49,804 nt of DNA from Dehalococcoidia bacterium (GCA_014859205.1 JACUUR010000003.1:1-49804); one strand, 5' to 3'; shown: positions 27,978-38,701, counted from the stretch's first letter. The notes: a model not told the origin generated them from the letters alone. A program made the numbers and translations.

Positions 27978-28139
27978 CCTGACACAGGCTGTCGCCCACC
28001 CTGCATCATTATGGTCAACTGACAGGTTCGGGCCCATGCCAGAGCCGAACGCCGGAGCAGGCGTTCTTGATGGAAACCCAGCAAGCGACGCAGATATGAC
28101 CGCGTGGCCTCCACGATGCAGTACCGTGGCCGTGTAAGG
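27978..28139 (-). ncRNA. candidate ~160-nt rod-shaped structured RNA (6S-like architecture, unassigned)
   Basis: Nested complementary blocks on the minus strand (CCTTACACGGC/GCCTGTGTCAGG, CTGCATCGT/ATGATGCAG, GGTCA/TGACC, GGGT..CCAT/ATGG.GCCC, GAACGCC/GGCGTTC); G-U pairs favour the minus strand. Confidence 0.35.
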
Positions 28140-28283
28140 TCAGGCTTTTTCGATCCTGAAAACCTTGGTGGAACAGTTTGGACAGACACCTCTGGTCGCA
28201 GGTCTGCGATTCTTGAGCATAACCCGGCTCGGGTTTCTTATCTCCACCTTCTTCCTGCACTTCATGCAATACGCTGTCGCCAT
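28140..28283 (-). CDS. small zinc-ribbon protein (DUF5679-like), 47 aa, absent from the ORF track
   Basis: MATAYCMKCRKKVEIRNPSRVMLKNRRPATRGVCPNCSTKVFRIEKA; strong AAAGGAGG RBS; TTGACA upstream. Confidence 0.88.
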   Translation of the reverse strand: MATAYCMKCRKKVEIRNPSRVMLKNRRPATRGVCPNCSTKVFRIEKA

Positions 28284-28447
28284 GGTACCCTCCTTTCAGG
28301 TTTTGCCTGTATGTCTATATTGTTACCGTAAGAGCAAAGCTTTGTCAATACTTTCGGGGCAGCCGAGGCCCTGAGTCTCTACTCTGAGCACACAACAGAA
28401 TAAGAAGGCGACCTCGAGGTACCACGCCCTGCCTATGCAGCCCTGGA

Positions 28448-29920
28448 TTACGCCTCCAAGCCGGAAAAAGCGGATAGCAGCTGCGCTGCCCTCTCCAACC
28501 GCTGCATGCATTTCTCTTTGCCTAACACCATCATGGTCTGGAACAGAGGAGGCGCCGCGGTACGGCCGGTAAGGGCCACCCTGAGCAGACCAAAGAGCTT
28601 GCCCGTGCTTATGCCTAGCTCGGTCGCTAGGGGACGCAGAGTACCCTCGAGCGTCTCAGCATCCCACATCTGGATTTGCAGCAGCCTCGCCATGCCTGCT
28701 GCGACAGCCTCGGCGGCCTCCGGAGCCTCCAGCTTTCCTGCCAGCAGCAGTCTTGGATCGTACTGCAGTTCGCCCTCGAAGAAGAAGCGAGTGAGTTCAG
28801 GCACTTCACCCAGAGTCCTGGCTCTCTCCTGAACCAGCGACAGCACACTGCCTACGAACCCGCGATCCAACGGCCGCTCCACTGACTCCGGCAGATCTCT
28901 GTCCAGGAACGGGATGGCCTGTTGCACGAATTCATCCAGCGTCAGTTGGCGGAGGTAGACTCCGTTCATCCAGTCCAGTTTGTCCCTGTTGAAGATAGCC
29001 GCTGTTTTGCCAACCCTCTGCAGGGAGAAGTGCTTGATCAAGTCGTCGATGGACAGCAGTTCGGTGCGGTCATCGAGGGACCAGCCCAGGAGGGCTAGGA
29101 AGTTGACCATTGCCGAGGGGAGGTATCCCTGCTTCTGGTATTCGGTTATGGCGGTGGCACCGTGTCTTTTGGAGAGCCTGGCACGGTCGGGCCCCAAGAT
29201 TATGGGCAAATGAGCAAACTGGGGAGGCGTCCAGTTCAGAGCCCCGTAAAGTAACACGTGGCGAGGAACGCTCGACAGCCACTCGTCAGCTCTGAGCACA
29301 TGGGAGACGGCCATCAGGTGGTCATCGACTACATTTGCTAGGTGATACGTGGGATAACCGTCCGACTTGAGCAGTATGAAGTCATCCAGCGTATCGTGCT
29401 TGAAGGTCACCGCCCCGTGGATCAAGTCGTTAAAGGTGGTTTCGCCCTCAACAGGAGTCCTGAAGCGGACCACTGGGTTCGCACCGGTCGATTCCAGTTG
29501 GGCCCGCTCCTGCTCAGTCAGGTGCCGGCACTGGCGATCATACTTGGGCGGCTCTCTGCGTTCTGCCTGTTCCCGGCGCATGGTCTCTAGTCGCTGTGGA
29601 GGGCAGTAGCATAAGTAGACATGCCCCTTCTCAAGCAGGCCTCTGGTAATGTCACGGTATATGGCCAGTCGCTGCGACTGAAAGTAAGGCCCCTCATCCC
29701 AATCCAACCCCAGCCACCGCAGGCTATCCAGTATGGCCTCCTCTGTACCCTCCACCTTGCGGGCCCTGTCGGTATCTTCGATGCGCAAGATAAACTTGCC
29801 GCCATGATGCCGGGCAAAGAGCCAGTTGAACAGGGCAGTCCTGATGTTACCCAGATGCGGATATCCGGTGGGGCTGGGGGCAAAGCGTACTCGAACCGGC
29901 GTTTCTGACACAGATTTCAT
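28448..29920 (-). CDS. gltX: glutamate--tRNA ligase
   Basis: VRVRFAPSPTGYPHLG, LRIEDTD, PTYHLANVVDDH, LSKRHGA. Confidence 0.97.
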   Translation of the reverse strand: MKSVSETPVRVRFAPSPTGYPHLGNIRTALFNWLFARHHGGKFILRIEDTDRARKVEGTEEAILDSLRWLGLDWDEGPYFQSQRLAIYRDITRGLLEKGHVYLCYCPPQRLETMRREQAERREPPKYDRQCRHLTEQERAQLESTGANPVVRFRTPVEGETTFNDLIHGAVTFKHDTLDDFILLKSDGYPTYHLANVVDDHLMAVSHVLRADEWLSSVPRHVLLYGALNWTPPQFAHLPIILGPDRARLSKRHGATAITEYQKQGYLPSAMVNFLALLGWSLDDRTELLSIDDLIKHFSLQRVGKTAAIFNRDKLDWMNGVYLRQLTLDEFVQQAIPFLDRDLPESVERPLDRGFVGSVLSLVQERARTLGEVPELTRFFFEGELQYDPRLLLAGKLEAPEAAEAVAAGMARLLQIQMWDAETLEGTLRPLATELGISTGKLFGLLRVALTGRTAAPPLFQTMMVLGKEKCMQRLERAAQLLSAFSGLEA

Positions 29921-30024
29921 CACGCTGTGCGCTGAGTGAATCGGCCGTGCTGGACCGGTCAGCATGACAGCATCGACGTCTCGGGTGCTCAGTATGCTTG
30001 CACCAGCCGAGGTCGTCCCGAGCC

Positions 30025-30285
30025 CTACTTGGACAGCGTGCGATGCAGCTTCTTGAGCCTGTCCAGATGTCTCCTCAGCCTCTGGGCGAGCTCCTCAACC
30101 TGATTCAGCGCCTGCTGGGTATCTTCCATCTCCGTGGTTATCTTGAACAGGATCTCCGTCTGTCGCCCGCTCAGCCCGGCTTCGAAATCAGCCAACTCCT
30201 CCATACCGCCCTCGGTCACCAGCTTCGATAAGAGACTGTCTTCCCTCTGCGCCTGATCTCTAGCCAGTTCCTCATAGGACTTCAT
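30025..30285 (-). CDS. small coiled-coil hypothetical protein
   Basis: 86 aa charged helical ORF with AAAGGAG RBS, co-oriented with gltX. Confidence 0.7.
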   Translation of the reverse strand: MKSYEELARDQAQREDSLLSKLVTEGGMEELADFEAGLSGRQTEILFKITTEMEDTQQALNQVEELAQRLRRHLDRLKKLHRTLSK

Positions 30286-30477
30286 GCCGTCAGTCTCCTT
30301 TCTTCCCTGCCAGGATACCCAATCTTAGCACGCCGTGAAGGCTCAAACAAGACTGCTTATCGCCACGTTGACTTCGCGTGGGCAGACACAACGGCACTGC
30401 TATCATCCGACCGAGCAGGATTTCACTGTTTCATGTATATTAGACCATGCCGTCAGGTGAACGTGGTGAGTAGATAC

Positions 30478-32502
30478 ATGTCAGGGTTCAAGATAGTTTC
30501 CGATTTCCATCTCACTGGTGACCAGCCGCAGGCTGTCGATCGGCTGGTTGACGGTCTGAGCAGAGGCTATCGGGACCAGACACTGCTTGGAGTCACCGGC
30601 AGCGGCAAGACCTTCACAATGGCCAACATAATCGCTAGAGCGGACAGGCCCGCCCTGATCATCTGTCACAACAAGACCCTGGCCGCTCAGCTAGCAACCG
30701 AGTTCAAGGAGTTCCTCCCTGAGAATGCGGTGGAGTATTTTGTCAGCTATTATGACTACTATCAGCCCGAGGCCTACATCCCGAGCACCGACCTCTATAT
30801 TGAGAAAGAGACCGAGATTAACGAGGAGATCGACAAGCTGCGTCATGCGGCCACCATGTCACTTCTCACCCGCAGGGACATCGTCATCGTGGCTTCTGTC
30901 TCCTGCATCTACAGCCTGGGTGCTCCTGAGGAATACCGAAGTTTTGTCCTCACCATAGAAAAGAACAAGCAGTACCGACGAGACAAACTCGCCCGCCACC
31001 TGGTGGATATGCAGTACGAGAGAAACGACCATGACTTCACCAGGGGCAGGTTCCGGATCCGAGGCGACACTCTGGAGATCCAGCCGGCCTACGAGGAGAC
31101 TGCCCTCAGGGTGGACTTCTGGGGACACGAGGTTGAACGCATTGTACAGATCGACCCTCTGACCGGCGAGTTGCTGGCTGACCGCGAGCGAGTCGATATC
31201 TACCCTGCCAAGCACTTTGTTACCTCTCAGGAGAAACTGCTGGCGGCGATTGAGGACATCAAGGTAGAGCTTCAAGAACGACTGGCCGAGCTAAGGGGCC
31301 AGGCAAAGCTACTGGAAGCCCAGAGGCTCGAGGCACGGACCAACTACGACCTTGAGATGCTCAAAGAAGTTGGTTACTGCGCCGGGGTGGAGAACTACTC
31401 CCGGCATCTTCAGCGCAGGGCACCGGGGAGCCAGCCCTGGACCCTGCTTGATTACTTCCCTGATGATTTCCTGTTGTTCATCGATGAATCCCATATGACC
31501 CTGCCGCAGATAAGGGGGATGTACCACGGCGATACTGCCCGCAAGCAGACACTGATCAACTACGGCTTCAGGCTGCCTTCGGCACTCGACAACCGTCCTC
31601 TCAGCTTTGACGAGTTTGACAGGCATATCAACCAGATCATCTACGTGTCCGCTACGCCCAAGCCCTATGAATATGAGCGCAGCCAACAGGTAGTCGAGCA
31701 GTTAGTGCGCCCTACCGGGCTGCTCGAGCCTACCGTGGAGGTCAAGCCGGTAGAAGGACAGATCGATGACCTGATCTACCAGATAAAGAGCAGGGTAGCC
31801 AAGGGGGAGCGCTGTCTGGTAACCACCCTGACCAAGCGTATGGCGGAGGAACTGAGTGACTACCTGAAGGAGATGGAGATCAGGACACATCACCTGCATG
31901 CGGAGGTGGACACCCTGGAACGGGTAGAGATACTGCGAGACCTGCGCCTGGGAGTCTATGATGTTGTAGTAGGCATCAATCTCCTTCGCGAAGGATTGGA
32001 CCTGCCCGAGGTTAGCCTGGTGGCCATACTAGATGCCGACAAAGAGGGCTACCTCAGGTCCGAGGAGGCGCTCCTCCAGAATATGGGGCGCGCGGCCAGA
32101 CATCTCAACGCCCATGTCATAATGTATGCCGACACCGTTACCCGGTCGATGCAGAAGGCCATAGAGGAAGTCGGCCGGCGTCGCCGCATCCAGGAGGCCT
32201 ACAACAGGGAGCATGGCGTGACTCCCCGGGGCATCAAGAAAGCGATCAGGGACATAACAGAGCGAGTTCAAGCCGTAGCGGAGACGAGGGCCAAATACAT
32301 GGACACCCCCGTTTCAAGAGAGGAGATAGCCGGGCTTATCAGGCAACTGGAGTCCCAGATGAAGACCGCAGCCAAGAATCTCGAGTTCGAGAAGGCCGCC
32401 ATGATCCGTGACCGGATCATCGAGTTAAGGAAGGATGAGGAACTGGTGTCACCGATAACGATGCGGCAGGAACAGGCCAACTATGCGAAGCAAAGCCGAT
32501 AG
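30478..32502 (+). CDS. uvrB: excinuclease ABC subunit B
   Basis: [39 protein letters not shown]-terminal UVR domain. Confidence 0.98.
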   Translation: MSGFKIVSDFHLTGDQPQAVDRLVDGLSRGYRDQTLLGVTGSGKTFTMANIIARADRPALIICHNKTLAAQLATEFKEFLPENAVEYFVSYYDYYQPEAYIPSTDLYIEKETEINEEIDKLRHAATMSLLTRRDIVIVASVSCIYSLGAPEEYRSFVLTIEKNKQYRRDKLARHLVDMQYERNDHDFTRGRFRIRGDTLEIQPAYEETALRVDFWGHEVERIVQIDPLTGELLADRERVDIYPAKHFVTSQEKLLAAIEDIKVELQERLAELRGQAKLLEAQRLEARTNYDLEMLKEVGYCAGVENYSRHLQRRAPGSQPWTLLDYFPDDFLLFIDESHMTLPQIRGMYHGDTARKQTLINYGFRLPSALDNRPLSFDEFDRHINQIIYVSATPKPYEYERSQQVVEQLVRPTGLLEPTVEVKPVEGQIDDLIYQIKSRVAKGERCLVTTLTKRMAEELSDYLKEMEIRTHHLHAEVDTLERVEILRDLRLGVYDVVVGINLLREGLDLPEVSLVAILDADKEGYLRSEEALLQNMGRAARHLNAHVIMYADTVTRSMQKAIEEVGRRRRIQEAYNREHGVTPRGIKKAIRDITERVQAVAETRAKYMDTPVSREEIAGLIRQLESQMKTAAKNLEFEKAAMIRDRIIELRKDEELVSPITMRQEQANYAKQSR

Positions 32503-33589
32503 CCCTCGGTCGATGTCGATTGGTGCGATTGCCAGGGCGCAAAGTCCGAATATTGCACCTCCCGGCAAGAGGCACTGTTACTTGAGAGGAGTGGGTATCT
32601 TCCTGTTTGTGTCGGTCTTGATGGCCGGCCTGACAGGCTGTCCTCCCGGTCCCATCGAGATCCGCGACTGGCATGAGCTCCACGCGGTCAGGGATGATCT
32701 GGAGGAAGACTACGTTCTGGTGAACGACCTGGATGCCGCCACGCCTGGTTACGCGGAGTTGGCCGGCCCGTCGGCCAACGGAGGGAGAGGCTGGGAGCCG
32801 ATTGGAACAACTGATGCGGGCTTTACCGGCAGCTTCAACGGGCAGGGCTATGAGATAAGGGACCTACATATCAACCGCCCTGACGAGGATTACGTGGGCC
32901 TGTTCTCCCGCATCTCCTGGATACGACATATAGAGAATTTCGGGGTCATCGAGAACGTCGGTGTGATTGATGCAGACGTGACCGGCAAGGCCAAGGTGGG
33001 CGCCCTGGTGGGGCATAACGGGGGCATTGTCAGAAACTCTTATTCAGGCGGCACAGTGACCGGCAGCGAGCGTGTCGGCGGCCTGGTGGGTTGGAACCAG
33101 CACACCTTAAGGAACTCCTACTCCAGTTGTACGGTCACGGGCGACAGTGCTGTCGGCGGCCTGGTCGGCGATAACTGGACCCGCAGCACCATCAGCGATT
33201 CGTATGCTACCGGCAGCGTATCCGGCTCTTCGAAGGTCGGTGGACTAGTGGGCTGGAACTACCACGCGTATGTGCACCGATCCTATTCTACCGGCGCGTT
33301 AAGCGGCGAAGACCGTGTTGGAGGTCTGATAGGAGGCAGGATGGAGGGCATCGTGAGCGATTCGTTCTGGAATGCCGAGTCCTCCGGCATGGCAATCAGC
33401 GACGGGGGGGCGGGCAAGACCACGGCCGATATGCGTAGCATGGCGACTTTCGTAGATACGACAACGACAGGACTGGACGAGCCCTGGAGAATGACGTCAG
33501 TGTCTCCAGGCGAGACCGACCCTGCCTACGCGTGGAATATCGTTGACGGACAGACTTATCCCTTCCTGAGCTGGCAGGAGGTGGGTTGA
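32483..33589 (+). CDS. GLUG-repeat surface (lipo)protein; start uncertain
   Basis: Hydrophobic leader ending LMAGLTGC; [12 protein letters not shown]; repeated VGGLVG-N...SYSTG units; YPFL C-terminus. Confidence 0.85.
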   Translation: MRSKADSPRSMSIGAIARAQSPNIAPPGKRHCYLRGVGIFLFVSVLMAGLTGCPPGPIEIRDWHELHAVRDDLEEDYVLVNDLDAATPGYAELAGPSANGGRGWEPIGTTDAGFTGSFNGQGYEIRDLHINRPDEDYVGLFSRISWIRHIENFGVIENVGVIDADVTGKAKVGALVGHNGGIVRNSYSGGTVTGSERVGGLVGWNQHTLRNSYSSCTVTGDSAVGGLVGDNWTRSTISDSYATGSVSGSSKVGGLVGWNYHAYVHRSYSTGALSGEDRVGGLIGGRMEGIVSDSFWNAESSGMAISDGGAGKTTADMRSMATFVDTTTTGLDEPWRMTSVSPGETDPAYAWNIVDGQTYPFLSWQEVG

Positions 33590-33747
33590 CGCCACTGCTG
33601 ACAATGCCGCCTGCCATACTGAGCTTTGAGCCAGACTGTGGATCAGGCCTTACCAACCCGGCTACGCCTGACCATGCTTGCTTGACAACACGGGCGGGCA
33701 GGCATACCATGAGATAGGATTAACATAGATGCATGAGGAGGTGAAGC

Positions 33748-34089
33748 ATGTACAGAGTGGCCAATACGAGAATATGTCGTTTCATCGCAACGATTAGCGC
33801 ATTCCTGATCATAGTAGCGTTGATTGCAGGTATGGCAGGCTGTGATCGCGGCGAGTATGTCCTCAGCATCTCGAGTACCGTGGGCGGCACGGTGACCAGC
33901 CCGGGCGAAGGCAACCTGGCATACCCCAGCGGCGCGACAGTCATCCTGATGGCGCAGGCAGATCCAGGCTACCGATTTGTTAGATGGACGGGCGATGTGC
34001 GCTCAATAAAGGATGCTGAATCCGCCTCAACCATGATCGCCGTCAGGGGTAACTACTCGATCACGGCCAACTTCGAGTGGGCCCCGTAG
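33748..34089 (+). CDS. small lipoprotein with one divergent InlB B-repeat-like domain
   Basis: GAGGAGG RBS; ALIAGMAGC lipobox; LSISSTVGGTV...PGYRFVRWTGD...YSITANF. Confidence 0.85.
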   Translation: MYRVANTRICRFIATISAFLIIVALIAGMAGCDRGEYVLSISSTVGGTVTSPGEGNLAYPSGATVILMAQADPGYRFVRWTGDVRSIKDAESASTMIAVRGNYSITANFEWAP

Positions 34090-34319
34090 CAGATTAGGTG
34101 GCGCACGCTGTCCCCGCGTGCGGCGGATTTCTGATCACTTTATGTCAACCGGCATTCGGGCCTTGACGTCCTGACATTTCGCGCGATAGGGGATCGACTG
34201 TCACCAGGACCGTGTAAGCACCCGGAAAATGACTGGACATTTCCGTTATGACCCTCTTCTTTTCTTCATCCCAATAAAGTAAAATAGATGTTCTAAGGGC
34301 GGCGCGTCCAGGGAGACAT

Positions 34320-35840
34320 ATGACGAAGATCAGAGCAACAGCGGACGACATAACGCAAGTTGAGGCGGACGCTATCGTGGTCAACCTTTTTGAGGGAGTG
34401 GACCAGCCGGCCGGGGCCACTGCCGCTGTGGACAGGGCCCTGGACGGGGCTGTTAGCTCGTTGATCAGGCGCGGTGAGATCAAGGGCAAGTTCGGCGAGG
34501 TGGGCATCGTTCATTCGTTTGGCCAACCCCCGCTGATCAGCGCAGGGATTGTGGCGATAGCCGGATTGGGCAAACCTGAGGCCTTCGATGCGGATAGGAT
34601 CCGCGGGGTGAGCGCCGAGTTCTGTCGAGCACTGCGCAAGTTGAACTGCCGCAGGATAGCTACGATACTCCATGGTGCCGGCACAGGCGGCATTGAGCCT
34701 GAATCGTGTGCTCAGGCCATCACGGAGGGAGCGCTGCTGGGGCTCTATGCCTTCACCAAGTACAAGAAGCCAGAACACGAGGACATTGCGGAGATACTGC
34801 TGGTGGCAAGGGAGGAAGGCCTGGTGCCGCTTCTGGACGCAGCTATCGACAGGGGAAGGGTGGCCGCCGAAGCCACCAACCTGGCCCGTGATATGGTCAA
34901 TGAGCCTGCCAACTATATGACGCCCGGCCGGATGGCTGAGACCGCCGAAGCCCTAGCCGCCGAACACGGCCTGCAATGCAAGGTATTGGACCGAGAGGAC
35001 ATGGAGGCGATGGGCATGGGGGCACTGTCAGGGGTAGCCAGAGGCAGCAACCAGCCTCCAAAGCTGATCACACTAAGCTATAAGACCGACGCAAGTTCAA
35101 ACAGCGGCCTCGGTTTCCTGGGCAAGGGCATTACCTTCGACTCGGGAGGCATCTCGATCAAGCCCTCCGACGGAATGGGTGAGATGAAGAGCGACATGGC
35201 GGGCGCTGCCGCCGTGATCGCAGCGCTGGTCGCCATTGCCCGCCTCAAGCCGCAGATCAACGTCACGGCAGTTACCCCCGTTGCCGAGAACCTGCCCAGC
35301 GGCTCCGCTCTCAGACCCGGGGACGTGCTCAGGGCCATGAACGGTAAGACCATAGAGGTGATAAGCACAGATGCAGAAGGAAGGCTCATTCTGGCCGATG
35401 CCCTGTGCTATGCCCGGAAGCTCGGCCTGTCCCCCCTGGTAGACGTAGCCACCCTGACCGGAGCCTGCCGGATTGCGCTGGGCACCCGCTATGCCGGCCT
35501 GTTTGCCAACGACCAGGACCTGGCGAGTAGAATCCTCAACGCGGCGCAAAGAACCGGCGAGGGAATCTGGCGAATGCCCCTGCCCGATGAATACAGGGAG
35601 CAGATCAAGAGCGACATCGCCGACATCAAGAACACAGGTGAGAGGCCGGGCGCCGCCATCACCGCAGCTCTCTTTCTGTCAGAGTTTGTTGAGGATACGC
35701 CCTGGGCGCATATGGATATCGCCGGTCCTGCCTACGGCAACAAGGAGAGCGGCTATCTGCTGAAAGGAGCGACAGGATTCGGAGTGAGAACGCTGCTCGA
35801 GCTGGCCCTGCAAGAGGCGAAGAGCCAGGAGGTGACATGA
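34320..35840 (+). CDS. pepA: leucyl aminopeptidase (M17)
   Basis: GKGITFDSGG, MKSDMAG, TDAEGRL, DVATLTGA, AHMDIAG. Confidence 0.96.
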   Translation: MTKIRATADDITQVEADAIVVNLFEGVDQPAGATAAVDRALDGAVSSLIRRGEIKGKFGEVGIVHSFGQPPLISAGIVAIAGLGKPEAFDADRIRGVSAEFCRALRKLNCRRIATILHGAGTGGIEPESCAQAITEGALLGLYAFTKYKKPEHEDIAEILLVAREEGLVPLLDAAIDRGRVAAEATNLARDMVNEPANYMTPGRMAETAEALAAEHGLQCKVLDREDMEAMGMGALSGVARGSNQPPKLITLSYKTDASSNSGLGFLGKGITFDSGGISIKPSDGMGEMKSDMAGAAAVIAALVAIARLKPQINVTAVTPVAENLPSGSALRPGDVLRAMNGKTIEVISTDAEGRLILADALCYARKLGLSPLVDVATLTGACRIALGTRYAGLFANDQDLASRILNAAQRTGEGIWRMPLPDEYREQIKSDIADIKNTGERPGAAITAALFLSEFVEDTPWAHMDIAGPAYGNKESGYLLKGATGFGVRTLLELALQEAKSQEVT

Positions 35841-36484
35841 AGATTAAGTGGTTAGGACACGCCTGTTTCTTGATTACAGCGAAAGATGGCCTGCGGATAA
35901 TGACCGACCCCTATGCCGTCGGTGGAGGGATCAAGTATGCTCCTGTGACCGAAGCCGCCGATATCGTTACGGTAAGCCATGACCACGGCGACCATAGCAA
36001 CGCTTCAGCTGTGCAGGGGAAACCCGAGGTGGTCAAGGGCAGCGGCGCCAGAGTAGCCCGAGGCATTCAACTCAGGGCCATCGCCACATACCATGATCAG
36101 TCTCAGGGCAAGCAGAGAGGACCCAACACGGTGTTCTGTTTCGAGGTAGATGGCATAAGGCTCTGTCATCTTGGCGACCTGGGACATCAACTAGACCCAG
36201 GGCAGGTCAAGGAGATCGGTGCCGTCGACATCCTGTTTGTTCCTGTGGGCGGTTTCTACACCATTGATGCCGCCATCGCCAACCGGACAGTTGATCAACT
36301 GAACCCCAGAGCAGTAATACCGATGCATTTCCGAACAGCCAGATGTGACTATCCCATCGCGGATGTCGAGGACTTCCTCAAGGGCAAGGCAGACGTGACC
36401 AGGCTTGAGGGCAGTGAAGCTGAGTTCGAACCAGACAGTCTGCCGGCCCCTACTCGAGTAGTGGTGCTGCAGCCGGCTCTGTGA
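35837..36484 (+). CDS. MBL-fold metallo-hydrolase (UlaG-like)
   Basis: WLGHACF, TDPY, SHDHGDH, HLGDLGH, IPMHF. Confidence 0.92.
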   Translation: MKIKWLGHACFLITAKDGLRIMTDPYAVGGGIKYAPVTEAADIVTVSHDHGDHSNASAVQGKPEVVKGSGARVARGIQLRAIATYHDQSQGKQRGPNTVFCFEVDGIRLCHLGDLGHQLDPGQVKEIGAVDILFVPVGGFYTIDAAIANRTVDQLNPRAVIPMHFRTARCDYPIADVEDFLKGKADVTRLEGSEAEFEPDSLPAPTRVVVLQPAL

Positions 36485-36506
36485 TTGCGGAGATACCCCC
36501 ACTGAT

Positions 36507-37247
36507 ATGAAGACGCTGATTGTGAAGGACTCGGACTTCGTGTTCACACCTCCGCCGCAGCTTGCCTGGGCAAGGCGGGTTCTGATCAAGCCTTGTGCCG
36601 GTTATGCGCTGCCATACCCCGTTACCACGAGCTCCAAGCTACTGAACACGATCATCCGGGGCATCAGGAAGGTCAGTAATGCCGATATCCTGATTGCCGA
36701 TGGCACACCCAGTGGGGAATCGATATACCCGATATACCAGGCTCTGGGCTACAGCTTCCGGCATGTGCTTATGCTCGACATCAGGGATTCCATTTTCATC
36801 GAGGTGCAGAACCCTTTGATCCAGTTCTACGCTGTGGAAAGCTTCTGGGTGCCTAACGTGGTCCTGCGCAGCGACTTCCTGATCAGCGTCACCCCCTTCA
36901 AGGTCTCCCACAACTCGGGACACTTCAGTGTGGCAAACCTGCTGAGTCTACTGCCGGTCAGTAAATACCATCTGGGCCGAGCAAGTGGTTGGGGAGCCCT
37001 CTATGAGTTGGGCGTCGAGAAGGTGCTTGCCGACCTCTACTTCACCCTGCCTTTCGATCTGGGTATCATAGAAGCCAGTCAGAAGTTCTGCTACAGTGAT
37101 GACCCCACACAAGGAGAAGCGGAGGACTACGGGAAGATCCTGGCGGGCGAACCGCAGGAGGTTGATCTTCAGGCCTCGGAGATAGCAGGAGTTGACTGCG
37201 AGCACCTGAGACTCATCACTGAGGGCAGAGATCAACTCGAAGACTAG
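36507..37247 (+). CDS. DUF362-like protein
   Basis: VLIKP...PVTTS...ILIADG...DFLISVTPFK pattern resembling a degenerate DUF362 domain. Confidence 0.65.
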   Translation: MKTLIVKDSDFVFTPPPQLAWARRVLIKPCAGYALPYPVTTSSKLLNTIIRGIRKVSNADILIADGTPSGESIYPIYQALGYSFRHVLMLDIRDSIFIEVQNPLIQFYAVESFWVPNVVLRSDFLISVTPFKVSHNSGHFSVANLLSLLPVSKYHLGRASGWGALYELGVEKVLADLYFTLPFDLGIIEASQKFCYSDDPTQGEAEDYGKILAGEPQEVDLQASEIAGVDCEHLRLITEGRDQLED

Positions 37248-37253
37248 CCTGTC

Positions 37254-37553
37254 TCAGTGTCTTATGCTGAAGTCGGCGAACTGCCGCGAATAGTCAGCCC
37301 ACTCGGTCTCAACGCGTTCAACATGGGCTCCCGACGGGCCCACCTTCAGTCGCTCGACCAAGCTAGTTAGCCGCGGCCTCTCTCCCTCAGCCTGAACCTC
37401 CACGGCATCGCCGCCGGGCAGGTTGCGCACATATCCGGTTAGACCCAGTTCCCTCGCTGTATTGCGAACGAAGTGTCTGAAGAAGACACCCTGCACCCGT
37501 CCGTAGACGGTGGCCGAGAGATGGGCCTTGTCAGCCAGTTCCTGGTTCGGCAT
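37254..37553 (-). CDS. acyP: acylphosphatase
   Basis: VYGRVQGVFFR, GLTGYVRNL, VEVQAEG; alternative start at 37565. Confidence 0.93.
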   Translation of the reverse strand: MPNQELADKAHLSATVYGRVQGVFFRHFVRNTARELGLTGYVRNLPGGDAVEVQAEGERPRLTSLVERLKVGPSGAHVERVETEWADYSRQFADFSIRH

Positions 37554-37621
37554 GGATGGGTTCATTCTCCTCTATCCTGACATTCAGTGTCGACGCCTTG
37601 CCGCTAGCGTTCTCCTTCCTG

Positions 37622-38545
37622 TTAGCGAAAGGCACCCAAGGCACGGGCGTTGTCCAGCCGACTCAAGCCTGCTGCGCGGGCCAGTGACAAAGCTTCAGCC
37701 AATTCGGCATATGACACCCGACGCTCCAGGCCTGGAACCTCAAACGCCCTATGGCAGGGATGGTACTGAGCCATGACATTGACATACGTGTCGCGAGAGA
37801 TGTTCCTGCTGATGTAGTCCACTATTCCCCGTGTTCCCGCCAGGCCCTGAGGCAACACCAGGTGACGCACCAGAAGCCCCCGTCGAGCCACGCCCTGTTC
37901 ATCCATCTCCAGGTCGCCCACCTGCCGGTGCATCTCCTTCACAGCTGCCCGGTTGTAATGAGGATAGCCCTTGCAGCCCGACAGTCTGCCAGCAATCTCA
38001 TCATCGTCATACTTCATGTCCGGCATATAGATGTCGATGATGCCGTCAAGTATTCTTAAGGTCTCCACCGAGTCGTAGCCACCGCTGTTGTACACCAGAG
38101 GGAGATGCAGGCCCGACCCGGCGGCTAGCTCCAATGCCTCCAGTACCTGTGGAACTACGTGGCTCGGAGACACCAGGTTGATATTGTGACAACCGCTGCT
38201 CTGCAGCGAGAGCATCACCTCAGCAAGCTGTTCCCTGCTCACATCCGACCCTTCTCCTAGATGGCTGGTACAGTAGTTCTGACAGAACAGACAGTTCAGA
38301 TTGCAGTTAGCGAAGAAAATGGTGCCCGAACCACCACTACCCACCAGGGGGCGCTCCTCGCCGAAGTGGGCTCCGTAGCTGGACAAGACCGCCTGCCGCG
38401 ATGTTCGACATCGGCCTGCATCGCCGGCCAGGCGGTTGACGCCACAGCCATGGGGACATACCTGGCAGCTCTCAAGCAGTTGCAGAGCCGCAACCACCCG
38501 CTGCCTCAATTCGCCGCTGCGGTGAAGCTCCAGGTAAGCTGTCAA
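37622..38545 (-). CDS. PflX-like radical SAM protein
   Basis: CQVCPHGC, HFGEE, GSGTIFF, CNLNCLFCQN, NINLVSP, DIYMPDMKY, RHLVLP; TTG start. Confidence 0.92.
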   Translation of the reverse strand: MTAYLELHRSGELRQRVVAALQLLESCQVCPHGCGVNRLAGDAGRCRTSRQAVLSSYGAHFGEERPLVGSGGSGTIFFANCNLNCLFCQNYCTSHLGEGSDVSREQLAEVMLSLQSSGCHNINLVSPSHVVPQVLEALELAAGSGLHLPLVYNSGGYDSVETLRILDGIIDIYMPDMKYDDDEIAGRLSGCKGYPHYNRAAVKEMHRQVGDLEMDEQGVARRGLLVRHLVLPQGLAGTRGIVDYISRNISRDTYVNVMAQYHPCHRAFEVPGLERRVSYAELAEALSLARAAGLSRLDNARALGAFR

Positions 38546-38551
38546 TTCCGC

Positions 38552-38701
38552 CTATTCCTCGTACTCCTCAGCAGGCTTCCTCTTCTTCTTTATCACCTCA
38601 GTCACCGGCTGCGGGACAAGCTCCGAAATCGGCTTACCCTTCTGCGTTCCCTTCTTTGGTTTCTTGGCTTCTCTCTTTCGATAGTCTCCTCGTCTAGCCA
38701 T
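38552..38701 (-). CDS. small Lys/Arg-rich protein, 49 aa, absent from the ORF track
   Basis: MARRGDYRKREAKKPKKGTQKGKPISELVPQPVTEVIKKKRKPAEEYEE; GAGGAG RBS; fills the gap between rnc and the radical SAM gene. Confidence 0.78.
   Translation of the reverse strand: MARRGDYRKREAKKPKKGTQKGKPISELVPQPVTEVIKKKRKPAEEYEE

Noticed and set aside
27985-28010. T-box riboswitch upstream of leuS (AGGGTGG on minus strand)
   Set aside because: It is followed by GCGACAG rather than the NACCGCG-type consensus, no terminator/antiterminator is evident, and leuS has a -10 right before its ATG.
30300-30478. LexA/SOS box upstream of uvrB
   Set aside because: No GAAC-N4-GTTC match was found by eye.
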